Of a stretch of DNA of 64,000 nt, positions 18,070 to 28,679 are shown piece after piece. A model generated the notes under the pieces. It ran no database searches. It had not been told where the DNA came from and was given only the letters and a program-made list of their open reading frames with translations. Source of the DNA: Blastocatellia bacterium (GTDB lineage: Bacteria > Acidobacteriota > Blastocatellia > UBA7656). How positions within the stretch are numbered: position 1 is the stretch's first letter; each line of letters begins with the position of its first letter. Made by a program: the position numbers and the translations under genes. Location: the NCBI GenBank assembly GCA_036505875.1, contig DASXSR010000360.1, forward strand, positions 517-64,516. Reading direction: 5' to 3'.

Positions 18070-19380
18070 AGCCTAATGAATCGTCGTGAATTCAATCAGA
18101 GTTTGCTTTGCTCACTAGCAGCGGCAGCGCTGCCCCGGGCGCAGGCGCAAAGCTCCTTGCGAATCAATGGGCAGCGAATTGTCGAACACCTAACGTCGCT
18201 TTCGCAGTTTGGCAAGAACGCTCAAGGGGGCGTCTCCCGCGTCGCCTACAGCGAAGGCGACCGGCAGGGCCGTGAGTATGCGATGGGCTTGATGCGAAGC
18301 GCCGGACTTGAAGTGAGCATTGATGCGGCCGGAAATCTCGTTGGCCGGCGCGCTGGGGGTGATCCGACGCTGAAGCCTCTCGTGATGGGCTCGCACATCG
18401 ATTCGGTTCCGGAAGGCGGCAACTACGACGGTGATGTCGGCTCAATGAGCGCAATCGAAGTCGCTCAGACTTTGAATGAAAGGAAGATTGTTACTCGGCA
18501 TCCGCTTGAAGTGATCATCTTTGCCAACGAAGAAGGCGGGACGATCGGCAGTCACGCCATCGGCGGCGAATTCAACGAGAAGTATTTCGGTTTCGTGAGC
18601 AACAGCGGCAAAACCATTCGCGAAGGCATAAAGTTCATCGGCGGCGATCCCGACAAGCTCTCAAGCGTTCGGCGCAAACGCGGCGACATTCACGCATATC
18701 TGGAACTGCACATCGAGCAGGGCGGCATCCTCGACGCCGAGAAGATCAACATCGGTGTCGTCGAAGGCATCGTCGGAATCACACACTGGGACGTTAAGAT
18801 CGAAGGGTTCGCCAATCACGCGGGAACTACGCCGATGAATCAGCGCCGCGACTCGATGCTCGCCGCCGCAAAGTTCATCGACGCAGTCAATCGGGTCGTG
18901 ACCAGCATTCCGGGGCGGCAGGTCGGGACTGTCGGAAAGCTACAGGCGTGGCCCGGCGCGTACAACGTGATACCGGGAAAGGTTGTCCTCGGCCTGGAGC
19001 TTCGCGATCTGGATGCGGCCAAGGTGCGGATGATGTATCAGAAGATTCGAGACGAAGCAGCCGCGATCGGCAGGTTAACGGGCACAACCTTCGAGTTCAT
19101 CGAGACGGACTCGAGCGTCCCGGCGCCGACAGACGAGCGAATACGGAAGCTGATCGACGAGACCGCGAAGGGCCTCGGATTGACGACGAAGTTCATGCCG
19201 AGCGGGGCGGGCCACGACGCGCAGGAGCTCGCGCCGATCGCGCCGATCGGAATGATCTTCATCCCAAGCGTCGGCGGAATCAGCCATTCGCCCAAAGAGT
19301 TTTCGCGTGCCGAAGACATCGCCAACGGAGCCAACGTTTTGCTTCTTGCGTTACTCAAGCTCGATGGCGCCCGCCTCTGA
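18067..19380 (+). CDS. M20-family Zn-dependent amidohydrolase (N-carbamoyl-L-amino-acid hydrolase / allantoate amidohydrolase-like), Tat/Sec signal
   Basis: N-terminal MNRREFNQSLLCSLAAAALPRAQA; metal-binding regions GSHIDSV and EEGG, HAGTTPM. The track ORF begins at 18019 inside the repeat element, so the true start is likely 18067 or 18076. Confidence 0.8.
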   Translation: MSLMNRREFNQSLLCSLAAAALPRAQAQSSLRINGQRIVEHLTSLSQFGKNAQGGVSRVAYSEGDRQGREYAMGLMRSAGLEVSIDAAGNLVGRRAGGDPTLKPLVMGSHIDSVPEGGNYDGDVGSMSAIEVAQTLNERKIVTRHPLEVIIFANEEGGTIGSHAIGGEFNEKYFGFVSNSGKTIREGIKFIGGDPDKLSSVRRKRGDIHAYLELHIEQGGILDAEKINIGVVEGIVGITHWDVKIEGFANHAGTTPMNQRRDSMLAAAKFIDAVNRVVTSIPGRQVGTVGKLQAWPGAYNVIPGKVVLGLELRDLDAAKVRMMYQKIRDEAAAIGRLTGTTFEFIETDSSVPAPTDERIRKLIDETAKGLGLTTKFMPSGAGHDAQELAPIAPIGMIFIPSVGGISHSPKEFSRAEDIANGANVLLLALLKLDGARL

Positions 19381-19482
19381 GAGTTCACCCCGCGAGGCCA
19401 ATTAACAATTCGCTCGACGGGGCGAAGGTGTTACATTATCGTTGGAACAAGTGAAGACGGAGTCGGTTTGAGAGGAGGAAGT

Positions 19483-20799
19483 ATGAGCGCGAATACGTTG
19501 ACGGTCACAGACAATAGAACAGGCAAGCAGTATGAGTTCCCGATCGAAGACGGCGTGATTCGGGCAATGGACCTTCGGAAGATTAAGGCCTCGGATGAAG
19601 ACTTCGGATTGATGGCGTATGACCCTGCTTTCATGAACACCGCTTCATGCAAGAGCCGGATCACCTTCATCGACGGGGACAAAGGCATCCTTCAATATCG
19701 CGGCTATCCGATCGAGCAGCTCGCCCAGGAGAGCACCTATCTGGAGGTGGCCTACCTGCTTCTATATGGCGAGTTGCCGACGGCGGAGCAGTTGAGAGAC
19801 TGGTCGTGGAACATTACTCACCACACGTTCATTCACGAACAGATCAAGAAGTTCATGGACGGGTTCCATTACGATGCTCATCCGATGGGGATGCTGATCG
19901 GGACTGTCGGAGCGCTATCGACTTTCTACAAGGATGCGAAGGACATCTTCAACGCGGAGTCCCGCAAGCATCAAATCCACCGGCTCATCGCAAAGATGCC
20001 GACGCTGGCGGCGTTCGCATATCGGCACAGCGTCGGCATGGCTTACGACTATCCCGACAACGATCTGAGCTATCCCGGTAATTTCCTGAACATGATGTTC
20101 AAGATGACCGAGGTGAAGTACAAACCGAACCGCGTGCTGGAACACGCGCTCGACGTGTTGTTCATCTTGCACGCCGATCACGAGCAGAATTGCGGCACGA
20201 ACGCCATGCGCAGCATCGGAAGCTCGCACGTTGATCCATACTCGGCGGTTGCGGGCGCGGCGGCGGCGCTGTATGGCCCGCTGCATGGCGGCGCCAACGA
20301 GGCGGTGCTTCGCATGTTGAACGAGATCGGATCGAAGGACCACGTTCCGGCTTACATTAAACGAGTGAAGGACGGCGACGTGAAGCTGATGGGATTCGGG
20401 CACAGGGTCTACAAGAACTACGATCCGCGCGCGAAGATAATCAAGAAGATCGCCGACGAAGTATTCGAAGTTACCGGCAAGAATCCGGTGCTGGACATCG
20501 CGCTTGAGTTGGAGCGCATAGCGCTGGAGGACGACTACTTCGTCTCTCGCAAGCTCTATCCGAACGTCGACTTCTACTCGGGCATCATCTACCAGGCGAT
20601 GAACTTCCCGGTCGATATGTTCCCGGTGCTGTTTGCAATTCCGCGCACGTCAGGCTGGCTGGCTCAATGGGAGGAGATGCTGCTGGATTCGGAGCAGAAG
20701 ATCGCGCGCCCGCGGCAGGTATATTTGGGTTACGGCGAGCGTGATTACATCCCGATCGAGAAGCGAAAGGAAGAAGGCAAGTCAGCGACGGCCGAGTGA
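19483..20799 (+). CDS. gltA: Citrate synthase (type II)
   Basis: Catalytic His/Asp regions GFGHRVYKNYDPRA and HADHEQN. Confidence 0.9.
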   Translation: MSANTLTVTDNRTGKQYEFPIEDGVIRAMDLRKIKASDEDFGLMAYDPAFMNTASCKSRITFIDGDKGILQYRGYPIEQLAQESTYLEVAYLLLYGELPTAEQLRDWSWNITHHTFIHEQIKKFMDGFHYDAHPMGMLIGTVGALSTFYKDAKDIFNAESRKHQIHRLIAKMPTLAAFAYRHSVGMAYDYPDNDLSYPGNFLNMMFKMTEVKYKPNRVLEHALDVLFILHADHEQNCGTNAMRSIGSSHVDPYSAVAGAAAALYGPLHGGANEAVLRMLNEIGSKDHVPAYIKRVKDGDVKLMGFGHRVYKNYDPRAKIIKKIADEVFEVTGKNPVLDIALELERIALEDDYFVSRKLYPNVDFYSGIIYQAMNFPVDMFPVLFAIPRTSGWLAQWEEMLLDSEQKIARPRQVYLGYGERDYIPIEKRKEEGKSATAE

Positions 20800-20846
20800 A
20801 GGAACCAAGTTTTGATCCGGAACAAACCCTGGAGCTGGAGAGCATC

Positions 20847-22025
20847 TCAAACCACGTTTGCCTCTCGCTCAGTTGCGGCGCCCGAGAAGCGCTCGAGAGA
20901 AAACGTCGCAATATCGAAATCTTCCGTCTCACGTCCCGCGATCATATCGGCCAATATGCGTCCCGCCGCCGGCGAATGTTGAAAGCCGTGCCCGCTGAAT
21001 CCCGCGATTAGAAAAAATCCTTCCATCTCGTCAGCCGGACCGATGATCGGCATAGCGTCGGGAGTCATCTCGTAAAGCCCTGCCCAGGCGTGCGCGATTC
21101 CAGCATCCGCCAGAGCGGGCAGTCGTTTCACTGCGACCGGCGTCACTCTCTCTAGAAACTGCCAGCTTACAGTCGTGTCGTAACTCGAAGGCTCGTCCGG
21201 ATCAGACATGCCAAAAAGGATTCCAGCGCCCTCACGATGAAAATAAAAAGTGGTCTCGAAGTCTATAACCATAATGCGCGAGGCGGGCACGCGCGAGCCG
21301 GACGCCAGCGGTTCGGTGATGAAAACGTGCCGGCGAAACGGAAGCACCGGTACCTCGAGTCCGACCATCTTGCCGATGTCTCGGGCATAAGGTCCCGCCG
21401 CGTTGACGACGGTATGAGTCGATATCGCGCCTCGCGTTGTTTGGACCATAGCAACGTGACCCTCGTCGATTGTGATCCCAGTCACTTCAGTGTCGCGATA
21501 GACTTTGGCTCCAGCAGCTTGAGCCGCCTTTGCAAACCCCATGGTTACGCCGTTTGGATCGGCGATCCCGTCCCGCGCGCAGAACGTCGCCTCAATGACG
21601 TTATCACTTTCAAGTCCGGGTGCGAGCCGACCGGCTTCCTCAGGCGACATCAGCACGACCTCGACGCCCAGCCGACGTTGCATCTGGGCGTTGCGTCGAA
21701 ACGCGTTGACGTCTCGCTCGTTTGATAAAAGAAACAGGTAGCCGTCCTGATGAAAGTCGATTTCATATCCGACCTCTTCTGCGAAATGCTCTAACAATCG
21801 AATCGATTCGATCGACAGCTTGACGTTAGACTCGTTAGAGAACTGATGCCTGACGCCACCCGCGTTGCGACCCGTTGACCCCATCCCCAGCATCGGCTCG
21901 CGTTCGAGGAGCACGACATCGGCGATGCCGCGGCGAGTTAGATGATAAGCGGTGCTTGCGCCCATGCACCCGCCCCCGATGATCACCACGTCCGCAGTCT
22001 TTTTCATTTGCGAGGCGGCAGGCAT
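20847..22025 (-). CDS. FAD-dependent oxidoreductase (DAO family; sarcosine oxidase beta / glycine oxidase-like)
   Basis: ADVVIIGGGCMGASTAYHL...LLEREPMLGMGSTGRNAGGV; the start is trimmed to MPAASQ/MKKT to avoid overlap with the convergent gene. Confidence 0.8.
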   Translation of the reverse strand: MPAASQMKKTADVVIIGGGCMGASTAYHLTRRGIADVVLLEREPMLGMGSTGRNAGGVRHQFSNESNVKLSIESIRLLEHFAEEVGYEIDFHQDGYLFLLSNERDVNAFRRNAQMQRRLGVEVVLMSPEEAGRLAPGLESDNVIEATFCARDGIADPNGVTMGFAKAAQAAGAKVYRDTEVTGITIDEGHVAMVQTTRGAISTHTVVNAAGPYARDIGKMVGLEVPVLPFRRHVFITEPLASGSRVPASRIMVIDFETTFYFHREGAGILFGMSDPDEPSSYDTTVSWQFLERVTPVAVKRLPALADAGIAHAWAGLYEMTPDAMPIIGPADEMEGFFLIAGFSGHGFQHSPAAGRILADMIAGRETEDFDIATFSLERFSGAATEREANVV

Positions 22026-22063
22026 AGACCACGAATGGCGCTGATTCAACGAAGTAGCGCGGA

Positions 22064-23908
22064 TTACTTGTTGCCTAACGCGTCGAGCTTTGATTTGATT
22101 CTTGCTGAAAGTTCTTTGCTGACCGGAAGCATCAGCGCTTTCTGCCACACGTCGCGCGCCTGGGAAGCCTTTCCCCGCTTCAGAAACGCATCGCCGAGAT
22201 GATCGAGTATCGCAGGAGAGGCGCCAAGCTGCGCCGCCTCGGTCAGGTAACGTTCGGCTTCTTCGAGCTTATCCAATTTGTAATAAGCCCAGCCGAGACT
22301 GTCGAGATAGGCCGCGTTCTTGGACGCTGCTTTTACGGCGCGCTGAATCATCGCGAGCGCTTCTTCCAGCTTCTCACCGCGCTCGACCATCGCGTACCCG
22401 AGATTATTCAACGCGAGCGCGTTGTTGGGATCCAGTTGCAGCACTTTTCGCAGCGCCGCTTCGGCTTCAGCAGCGTGGCCTTGGTGTTGAAGCATCGAGG
22501 AGATGATGACGTAGCCGTTTACGTTTTTGGGCAGGTGTTGTGTTGCCTGGCGAATGAGATTGTCAGCTTCGTCAAGTTTGTTCTGCGCGTACAACAACGC
22601 CGCCAACTCAAGCTGTCCCTGAGAACCTTCGGGATCGATCTTGATCGCCTCGCGGAACTCGTTTTCTGCATCCGGGTTTCGGCCCAGGTGTTCGTAAGCC
22701 TCTCCCAGACGCGTGTGGTAGGAAGGATCGCGAGGCTGCAACTCGGTCCCTTTCTTATACGAATCGATCGCTTCTTGGTAGCGTGCAATACTGTGATAAG
22801 CGAGACCCATGTTGTAATGCGTCGGAGCGTACCGCGGATTAAGCTCGACTGCGCGCTTCAACTCTTCGATCGCCTCGTTGGCGCCCCTAGACCAGAGAAC
22901 GGCGAGGCCCATCTCGCTGTGCACGCGGTACATCTGATAATAGTTGGGCTCAGCAGCCACGAGCTCTTTGTACGCCGCAATAGCATCTTCCCATCTGCGC
23001 ATTCTCAAGTAAGTCCAACCCAGGTAGTGACGGGCAAGGCCGTTATTGGGGCGGAGTCGGATCGATTCCTGAAAGGCGGCTATTGCGTCTTGATAGCGAT
23101 CTGCCTTTAGCTGGTAGGAACCGAGCGTGTTGAAAACGCCGGCGTCGTCGGGTTTGATTTGTATGACTCGCTTCTGAACGTCGATCGCTTCAGCAAACCG
23201 CTCGGCCGCGCTCAAAGCGCGCGCAGTCGCCTCAAGTAGCTCAACATCCTTCGGCATGGCTGCGATAGCTTGTCTATATGTATCTATCTCCTCGTCTCGT
23301 TTGCCCTGACGCATATATACCGAAGCGAGACCGAGATAGGCTTCTTTGTAAGCAGGCTTCAACTCGATCGCCCGCTTATAGGGCTCGATGGCCTCTTCGT
23401 ACATGTGCTCGTAGACATAAGCTTCCGCTAACTTGAAATGCGCCTCGGGTGAATATGAGTTCGCATTGACTGCTTGTTTTGCCTTTTCGAGACCCTTGTC
23501 GGTGTCAGGCCGAGGCTCGGATGGCGCGACGAAATTGAATGTGATAGTGCCGATGACTTTCACGGGCACTTCACTGAGCTGGGTGGGCGCAAACTTCCAG
23601 CCTCGGGCGGCTGCAACCGCGGCGTCCTTAAGCAATGGATGTCCGCTGATTGCTTGCGCGGAGATGACGTCTCCTTTTTCGTCAACGGTCACTTCGACGA
23701 CGACGGCGCCCGATACGCGCGCGGCTTTTGCGAGCGGCGGGTACACGGGTTCGACGCGCGTGACCGCCGAGCCTTGAAGCACGCCGCCAGCCTTGCGAAT
23801 TATTTTCGGCGGTTCGGTTTGAGAGTTGTCTTGTGCGGCTGCGCAGACCGCACACCAGCCGATCACAACGGCGATTGGTGCAAAGGCGAAGACTCTCCTG
23901 CTATTCAA
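22064..23908 (-). CDS. TonB C-terminal domain protein fused to multiple TPR repeats, secreted/periplasmic
   Basis: 614 aa; signal peptide; N-terminal VTRVEPVYPPLAKAARVSGAVVVEVTVDEKGDV is a TonB-C fold, followed by about 10 TPR units (recurring AIxxYxxAIxLxP). Confidence 0.75.
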   Translation of the reverse strand: MNSRRVFAFAPIAVVIGWCAVCAAAQDNSQTEPPKIIRKAGGVLQGSAVTRVEPVYPPLAKAARVSGAVVVEVTVDEKGDVISAQAISGHPLLKDAAVAAARGWKFAPTQLSEVPVKVIGTITFNFVAPSEPRPDTDKGLEKAKQAVNANSYSPEAHFKLAEAYVYEHMYEEAIEPYKRAIELKPAYKEAYLGLASVYMRQGKRDEEIDTYRQAIAAMPKDVELLEATARALSAAERFAEAIDVQKRVIQIKPDDAGVFNTLGSYQLKADRYQDAIAAFQESIRLRPNNGLARHYLGWTYLRMRRWEDAIAAYKELVAAEPNYYQMYRVHSEMGLAVLWSRGANEAIEELKRAVELNPRYAPTHYNMGLAYHSIARYQEAIDSYKKGTELQPRDPSYHTRLGEAYEHLGRNPDAENEFREAIKIDPEGSQGQLELAALLYAQNKLDEADNLIRQATQHLPKNVNGYVIISSMLQHQGHAAEAEAALRKVLQLDPNNALALNNLGYAMVERGEKLEEALAMIQRAVKAASKNAAYLDSLGWAYYKLDKLEEAERYLTEAAQLGASPAILDHLGDAFLKRGKASQARDVWQKALMLPVSKELSARIKSKLDALGNK

Positions 23909-24016
23909 GTTACTCCTCCCTAGCGGAAGGCCGCGAGAACAGTCTCAAAGCTGGCCTCATTATATCACGTTCGAGATTCGCGTCGGAAAAAGAAAGGTAG
24001 AGTCGGAGTCACTTCG

Positions 24017-24616
24017 CTATCCACCCTTCAATGCAAACGCCCACACTGTTACTCCAATCACTCCGGACGCGCCCGAAAGAATCATTCGCCATGTTGTTTG
24101 TCTGTCCCAAACAAAGGCTGCTAATGCGAAGAACCAAAACAGCGCGAGTTCGTAACGTATTACCCGCATGCCGCGCTGAGTCAGTAAACCCTCGAAGGAC
24201 AGAGGCGCCACGGGGATCGGCCTCCAGGGCAGGAAGTAGCGACTATTGCTGAACGGCGCGAAGAACGCGACGCCCAGACCGCCGTCGGTCATCGCATCGA
24301 AGAAACCATGTAGCGCGATGACTGCGAAGAACAACAGGCCAAGGGACCAGATGGAGCGATCGCCGGCCCAACCAAATCTCGAAATCGAAAACGCCGCGAT
24401 CGCTCCAATGACGACGGCGAAAAAGAGCGAGTGCGTGAAACCTCGATGACCGAACGGATGATTGTAGGGAACCATTCCGATGAACAGCGCGTCGGCGTCT
24501 GGCAACGCTGACAGCGCCATGCATGTGAGCGCGATGCGCGTATTTGGAGTGGTGGCCTCACTCGCAAACTTGGCCGCAACGAAACCAACTGCTGCGTGTG
24601 TGAATACGGTGGGCAT
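24017..24616 (-). CDS. Membrane-bound metal-dependent hydrolase (YdjM/DUF457-like)
   Basis: MPTVFTHAAVGFVAAK...PDADALFIGMVPYNHPFGHRGFTHSL. The upstream extension of the track ORF overlaps the neighbouring TPR gene and is probably not translated. Confidence 0.6.
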   Translation of the reverse strand: MPTVFTHAAVGFVAAKFASEATTPNTRIALTCMALSALPDADALFIGMVPYNHPFGHRGFTHSLFFAVVIGAIAAFSISRFGWAGDRSIWSLGLLFFAVIALHGFFDAMTDGGLGVAFFAPFSNSRYFLPWRPIPVAPLSFEGLLTQRGMRVIRYELALFWFFALAAFVWDRQTTWRMILSGASGVIGVTVWAFALKGG

Positions 24617-24653
24617 GCTGACAACTGCGTCGGTCTGTCGTAGTCGAGCGTTG

Positions 24654-26762
24654 CTACTGCTTGAGTTTCTGGTCGAGACCAGCGAGCGAGCCATTGAGCT
24701 TTTTGTACAGCGCTTCAATCTGAGCCCGCCGTACCGAGGCAGTTGGGGACTCGGCATCGTAGCTCGCGATGTAAAGATCGAGAGCGCGCCGCTCGTCGCC
24801 CGCTTCTTGAGTCGCAACCGCCAGGTGCCACATCGCGGTCTTGCGCTCCTGACCATCCGGATAGGAATCGATCGACTTGATCAAATTATCGAGCGCGCCG
24901 CGGAGATTCCCTTTTTTAAACATAGTCCAACCGAGCGCGTCATAAGCGCGGCCAAGAAACGCCGCGCGTCGGCCCGCGCGGTCGAGCATCGGCGCGTCGC
25001 GCATTGAACCCGCAGGCTCGGTTGCGGCTTCTGCCATCGCGATCGCCCGACGCGCCAGTTGTTCAGCCGCATCCAACGCGAGGTCGGCTTCGGTGAGCTT
25101 CCGCGCCGCCCATACCATCCGAAACGCCTGGCGGCCATCATCCAGCGTGGTGAATGTGGTGATCGCTCGAAGCAGCTCGGTCATACCGCGCAGGTTCGAA
25201 TCCCGACCCGCTGATAGCTCGCCGGTCAACGATGGCTCACCGCCGACCCTGCGGGGCCGGGTGCCAGGCTTCGGCTCGGCAGTCTGCATGCTCCGTCGGG
25301 TCCCGGCCTGCGGCGGTTTTCTCGAGGCCAGCGCAACTTTGGAATAATGATTGATCTTCGCAATGGCCTCGATCAGTCTGTATTGAAGCGATGTCGTCGG
25401 ATCGTAGCTCAAGAACAGCGCAGCTTGTCTTTCGCGTTCGAGCAACAAATCCAATCTCGGCGACCGAGCTTTGATCGCGCCACCCAGAATCGTTTCGAAC
25501 TCGCCGTCGTCATTCACGGTAAATGCCTTGGCCATTGTTTCGTTCGCCTGATCATAGCCGTCAACGGACATCAGCGCCTTTGCAAGTTCAAAGGTTAGCG
25601 TCGCGAACCCTGCCTGACCTTGTGCGCTGATCAATGTTGCCAACGCATCACCGAACTTTCCTTCAAGCCCATCGACTTCAGCCTTGGCGATGTACGCCCA
25701 CGCGTAGCGCGGCTCGATGCGCGCCGCCTGCTCGATCAAAGGCCGGGCGAGCGCGGCTTTCTTGCGAATCACGTAGAAGAAAGAAAGTTGAGTCAGAAAG
25801 TGATAATCGGCGGGCGCCAGCTCTTGCGCGCGTTTGATTGTGGGCGCCGCGTCTTCATCGCGCCCAACTGCCAGCAGCGCAATCGCCAATCCCCCGTGCG
25901 CTTCCGCGTCGTCGGCCTTCAACGCGATCTGCCTGCGATAAAAACTAATCGCGCGCTGATAGTCGCCCATCGCGCGAGACAGATTTCCGAGATTCAGATT
26001 CGCGAATTCGTCTCGCGGGTCAAGCTCGAGAGCCCGCTGAAACTCGGTGGTTGCATCGTCAAGCCTCAAGCTGATCAGGTACGCGGTTCCCAGGCTGTTG
26101 TGAGCCCGGTGATCCTGGGGCGCCAACTGGACGGCGTGCTCGAGCACGCGGACCGCTTCAAACGGCGCTTCAATCTGAACGTAGAAGAAGCCGATCTCGA
26201 CCAGTCGATTCGGTTCGTTTTCAAACCGCGGCTCGAATGAGCGCATCAGCTCGACCGACTCACCGCGATAACCGAACGAGTTCATCGCGATCGGCAAGGT
26301 GAAAATATATTGGCTGAAAATCGCGTCGGTTATCGGGTTAGGCGCGGCTCGAAAGACCGCCTTGAAGACCTGCGTAGCAAGTTGAGGGTTTCCCTCCCTG
26401 AGCGCCTGCTCGCCCTTCAACGCGTACTCTCGCATCAACGCCTCGCGCGCCTCGCCCTCAAGTTGCGACCCGCGGTTGGCGGCGACGAATTTCTCGAGGA
26501 GGTCGATGCGTTCTATTTGAGTCGGCGCATTGCGTGCGCGATCGAGCGCCTGTTGAGGTGTCAAAGCTTGCGAAGGTTCATCAACGCTCGGCCTCTTAGG
26601 CTCGGGCCTCCTTTGCGGCGGTCGCTGGCCATCGGCGATTGTCACCACTAAAGCGATAGCAAGCGCGACGCTGCCGATTGTACGCACCGGGGCCCCTGCG
26701 ACATCGCCCATCGATTGCAACTTACACTTGCGACGCACGATGCTTTTCATCAACGCGATCAT
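24654..26762 (-). CDS. Large TPR-repeat protein with signal peptide
   Basis: 702 aa; multiple TPR units (AxxxxGxAYxxLGxxDDAxxxFxxALELDP). Confidence 0.75.
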   Translation of the reverse strand: MIALMKSIVRRKCKLQSMGDVAGAPVRTIGSVALAIALVVTIADGQRPPQRRPEPKRPSVDEPSQALTPQQALDRARNAPTQIERIDLLEKFVAANRGSQLEGEAREALMREYALKGEQALREGNPQLATQVFKAVFRAAPNPITDAIFSQYIFTLPIAMNSFGYRGESVELMRSFEPRFENEPNRLVEIGFFYVQIEAPFEAVRVLEHAVQLAPQDHRAHNSLGTAYLISLRLDDATTEFQRALELDPRDEFANLNLGNLSRAMGDYQRAISFYRRQIALKADDAEAHGGLAIALLAVGRDEDAAPTIKRAQELAPADYHFLTQLSFFYVIRKKAALARPLIEQAARIEPRYAWAYIAKAEVDGLEGKFGDALATLISAQGQAGFATLTFELAKALMSVDGYDQANETMAKAFTVNDDGEFETILGGAIKARSPRLDLLLERERQAALFLSYDPTTSLQYRLIEAIAKINHYSKVALASRKPPQAGTRRSMQTAEPKPGTRPRRVGGEPSLTGELSAGRDSNLRGMTELLRAITTFTTLDDGRQAFRMVWAARKLTEADLALDAAEQLARRAIAMAEAATEPAGSMRDAPMLDRAGRRAAFLGRAYDALGWTMFKKGNLRGALDNLIKSIDSYPDGQERKTAMWHLAVATQEAGDERRALDLYIASYDAESPTASVRRAQIEALYKKLNGSLAGLDQKLKQ

Positions 26763-28543
26763 TTAACTACGCTTGCTCCTTGAATAGTAGTCGCCAGAGC
26801 TTCGACCAACACGCGGCCCGTCCTATTCGAAGGAGTCTCTATGTCCAGGAGCGTGGCAATAGTCGGCGCGATGTCCGAGGGTGAGCAGTCAGCGTTGTAC
26901 CTTCCGGGCTTTACATTCCCGCCAAATAGAATCACCGGCACGTGCGTGTCGTAGCTGTAGGAAGACCCGTGCGCGGTCGCCAGGTCGCCCTCCTGGAAAA
27001 ACCAATACGGCTTGGTAATCAGCCATACGTCTCCCGCATATTTTCGATTGAAGCCGTTCATAACTCTACGACCAACCGGCCCCGGCGGAACGCGACCGTC
27101 GCAGAGCTGCGTCCGAGTGAAATAATTCACGATGCCGGGAAAGCTGAGCGCCGCCTCGCCGGCTACTCGCTCAGCTTCAGCGGCGTCGATCTTCTTCTCA
27201 GCGATCAGCTTTTGATCGAGGTACATTTGATCGTTGACGAAACCGACGACCCACTTTCCTACCCCGAAACGGGCTCCCAGAGCCTTGTTCGAGGCTTCGA
27301 TCACTTCTGTTCCAACGAGCCGACCTGCGTCGAACCCCAACGACCGTACATACTCAGGCACCGGCGCCACGCCGTGATCGCCGGTCACCGCAATGATCGA
27401 GTTGGCGAGTCCGACCTTGCGGTCGACGAAACTCAAGAGGTCGGAAATCACCCGGTCCAACCGAATATAGGTGTCTTCGATCTCCTGGCTGTCCGGTCCG
27501 TAATAGTGTCCAGTCAGGTCCGGCGACGAGAAGCTGATTGACAGCAAGTCAGGGTAAGCGTCCGCTCCGAGCGTTTCGGCTTCCAGGGCGGCCTTGCCGA
27601 AGTCTTCCAGATATTCGGAGGCGAACGGAGTAAGCTCAAATACATTGTAAAACTTCGGCCCCGGCTTGGTTTCACCGCCGGTTACCAAATAAGGAAAGCG
27701 AAGGCCCAACGCGTGACGTTGAACGGGAAGGTTCTCCGATTGCGATCGGCGATATGCTTCCGCTTCAAGCGCCCGCTCCCATTTGGCGCCGAAGTATTTG
27801 TCGGCTCGAACATCGGCGTCGAATTTCTTGACCCACGCCGGCAATTCTTTGGAATAGTAATCGCTCGTGACGAACTCACCGGTTGCCTCGTCGAACCAGA
27901 ACGCGCCGTTGGGCCGCTTGCCGCCTGGAAGGACCGCCGCCCGATCTTTCAATGAGACGGCGATAACCTTGGATTGAAAACTGGTCGCGAGTCTCATCTG
28001 ATCGCCGATTGTTGTGCCTATCAGGTTGCGGGGACTGGCCGCGCCGTTCCGGGTCGAGATTCCACCAGGGGTCACAAGATGCGTGGAGTCATCGGCGACC
28101 ATTACCCGATTTCTTCCCGCCTCCCGATCGAAGAACGCGTTGCCGACTATTCCATTCTGAGCGGGAACCGATCCGCTGAAGATCGCCGCGTGCCCGCAAG
28201 CGGTGAAAGTCGGCACATAATCGTAGTTTGCGTTGGTGAAGAGCGCTCCGCCGCTCGTCAGCCGCTTGAATCCTCCGCTGCCGAACAGATCGGCGAAGCG
28301 CTCAAGATAATCGTAGCGGAATTGGTCGATCACGATCACCAGAACCAATTTGGGTTTTGTGATTGTGGGCGCGGTGTTCGAGCGCGACGAAGTCTGTCGC
28401 TGGGCATCGCTCGATAGCGGCAGCAGAGCCGATATGAAGAGGAAAAGCGCGACAAACCGGCTGACTGATCGATTCTCGTTGATGGCCATCTTGATCGGGC
28501 GTCGATTACTCTTACAAACACAAACCGTAATTGACAGCCGCAA
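26759..28543 (-). CDS. Alkaline-phosphatase-superfamily protein (type I phosphodiesterase / nucleotide pyrophosphatase-like), secreted
   Basis: LVLVIVIDQFRYDYL...TFTACGHAAIFSG (nucleophile region), GDHG metal motif; signal peptide; likely start MAINEN. Confidence 0.8.
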   Translation of the reverse strand: MRLSITVCVCKSNRRPIKMAINENRSVSRFVALFLFISALLPLSSDAQRQTSSRSNTAPTITKPKLVLVIVIDQFRYDYLERFADLFGSGGFKRLTSGGALFTNANYDYVPTFTACGHAAIFSGSVPAQNGIVGNAFFDREAGRNRVMVADDSTHLVTPGGISTRNGAASPRNLIGTTIGDQMRLATSFQSKVIAVSLKDRAAVLPGGKRPNGAFWFDEATGEFVTSDYYSKELPAWVKKFDADVRADKYFGAKWERALEAEAYRRSQSENLPVQRHALGLRFPYLVTGGETKPGPKFYNVFELTPFASEYLEDFGKAALEAETLGADAYPDLLSISFSSPDLTGHYYGPDSQEIEDTYIRLDRVISDLLSFVDRKVGLANSIIAVTGDHGVAPVPEYVRSLGFDAGRLVGTEVIEASNKALGARFGVGKWVVGFVNDQMYLDQKLIAEKKIDAAEAERVAGEAALSFPGIVNYFTRTQLCDGRVPPGPVGRRVMNGFNRKYAGDVWLITKPYWFFQEGDLATAHGSSYSYDTHVPVILFGGNVKPGRYNADCSPSDIAPTIATLLDIETPSNRTGRVLVEALATTIQGASVVK

Positions 28544-28679
28544 GCGGTGTCAACAGGGGATGCCAGTACGAAAATCTGGTGTATTGCGGAATCGCCCCGC
28601 GGTATGTATTATGTCGTTGTAGGATTGATTCGACTCCGGCTACGAACGACGACCTCACGTATCTCGCCCGTAGCAGTTT

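Noticed and set aside
22026-22148. N-terminal 41 codons of the FAD oxidoreductase ORF overlapping the convergent TPR gene
   Set aside because: Internal Met codons (MPAASQ / MKKT) sit just before the GxGxxG motif and remove the overlap; the longer start is probably an artefact of ORF extension.
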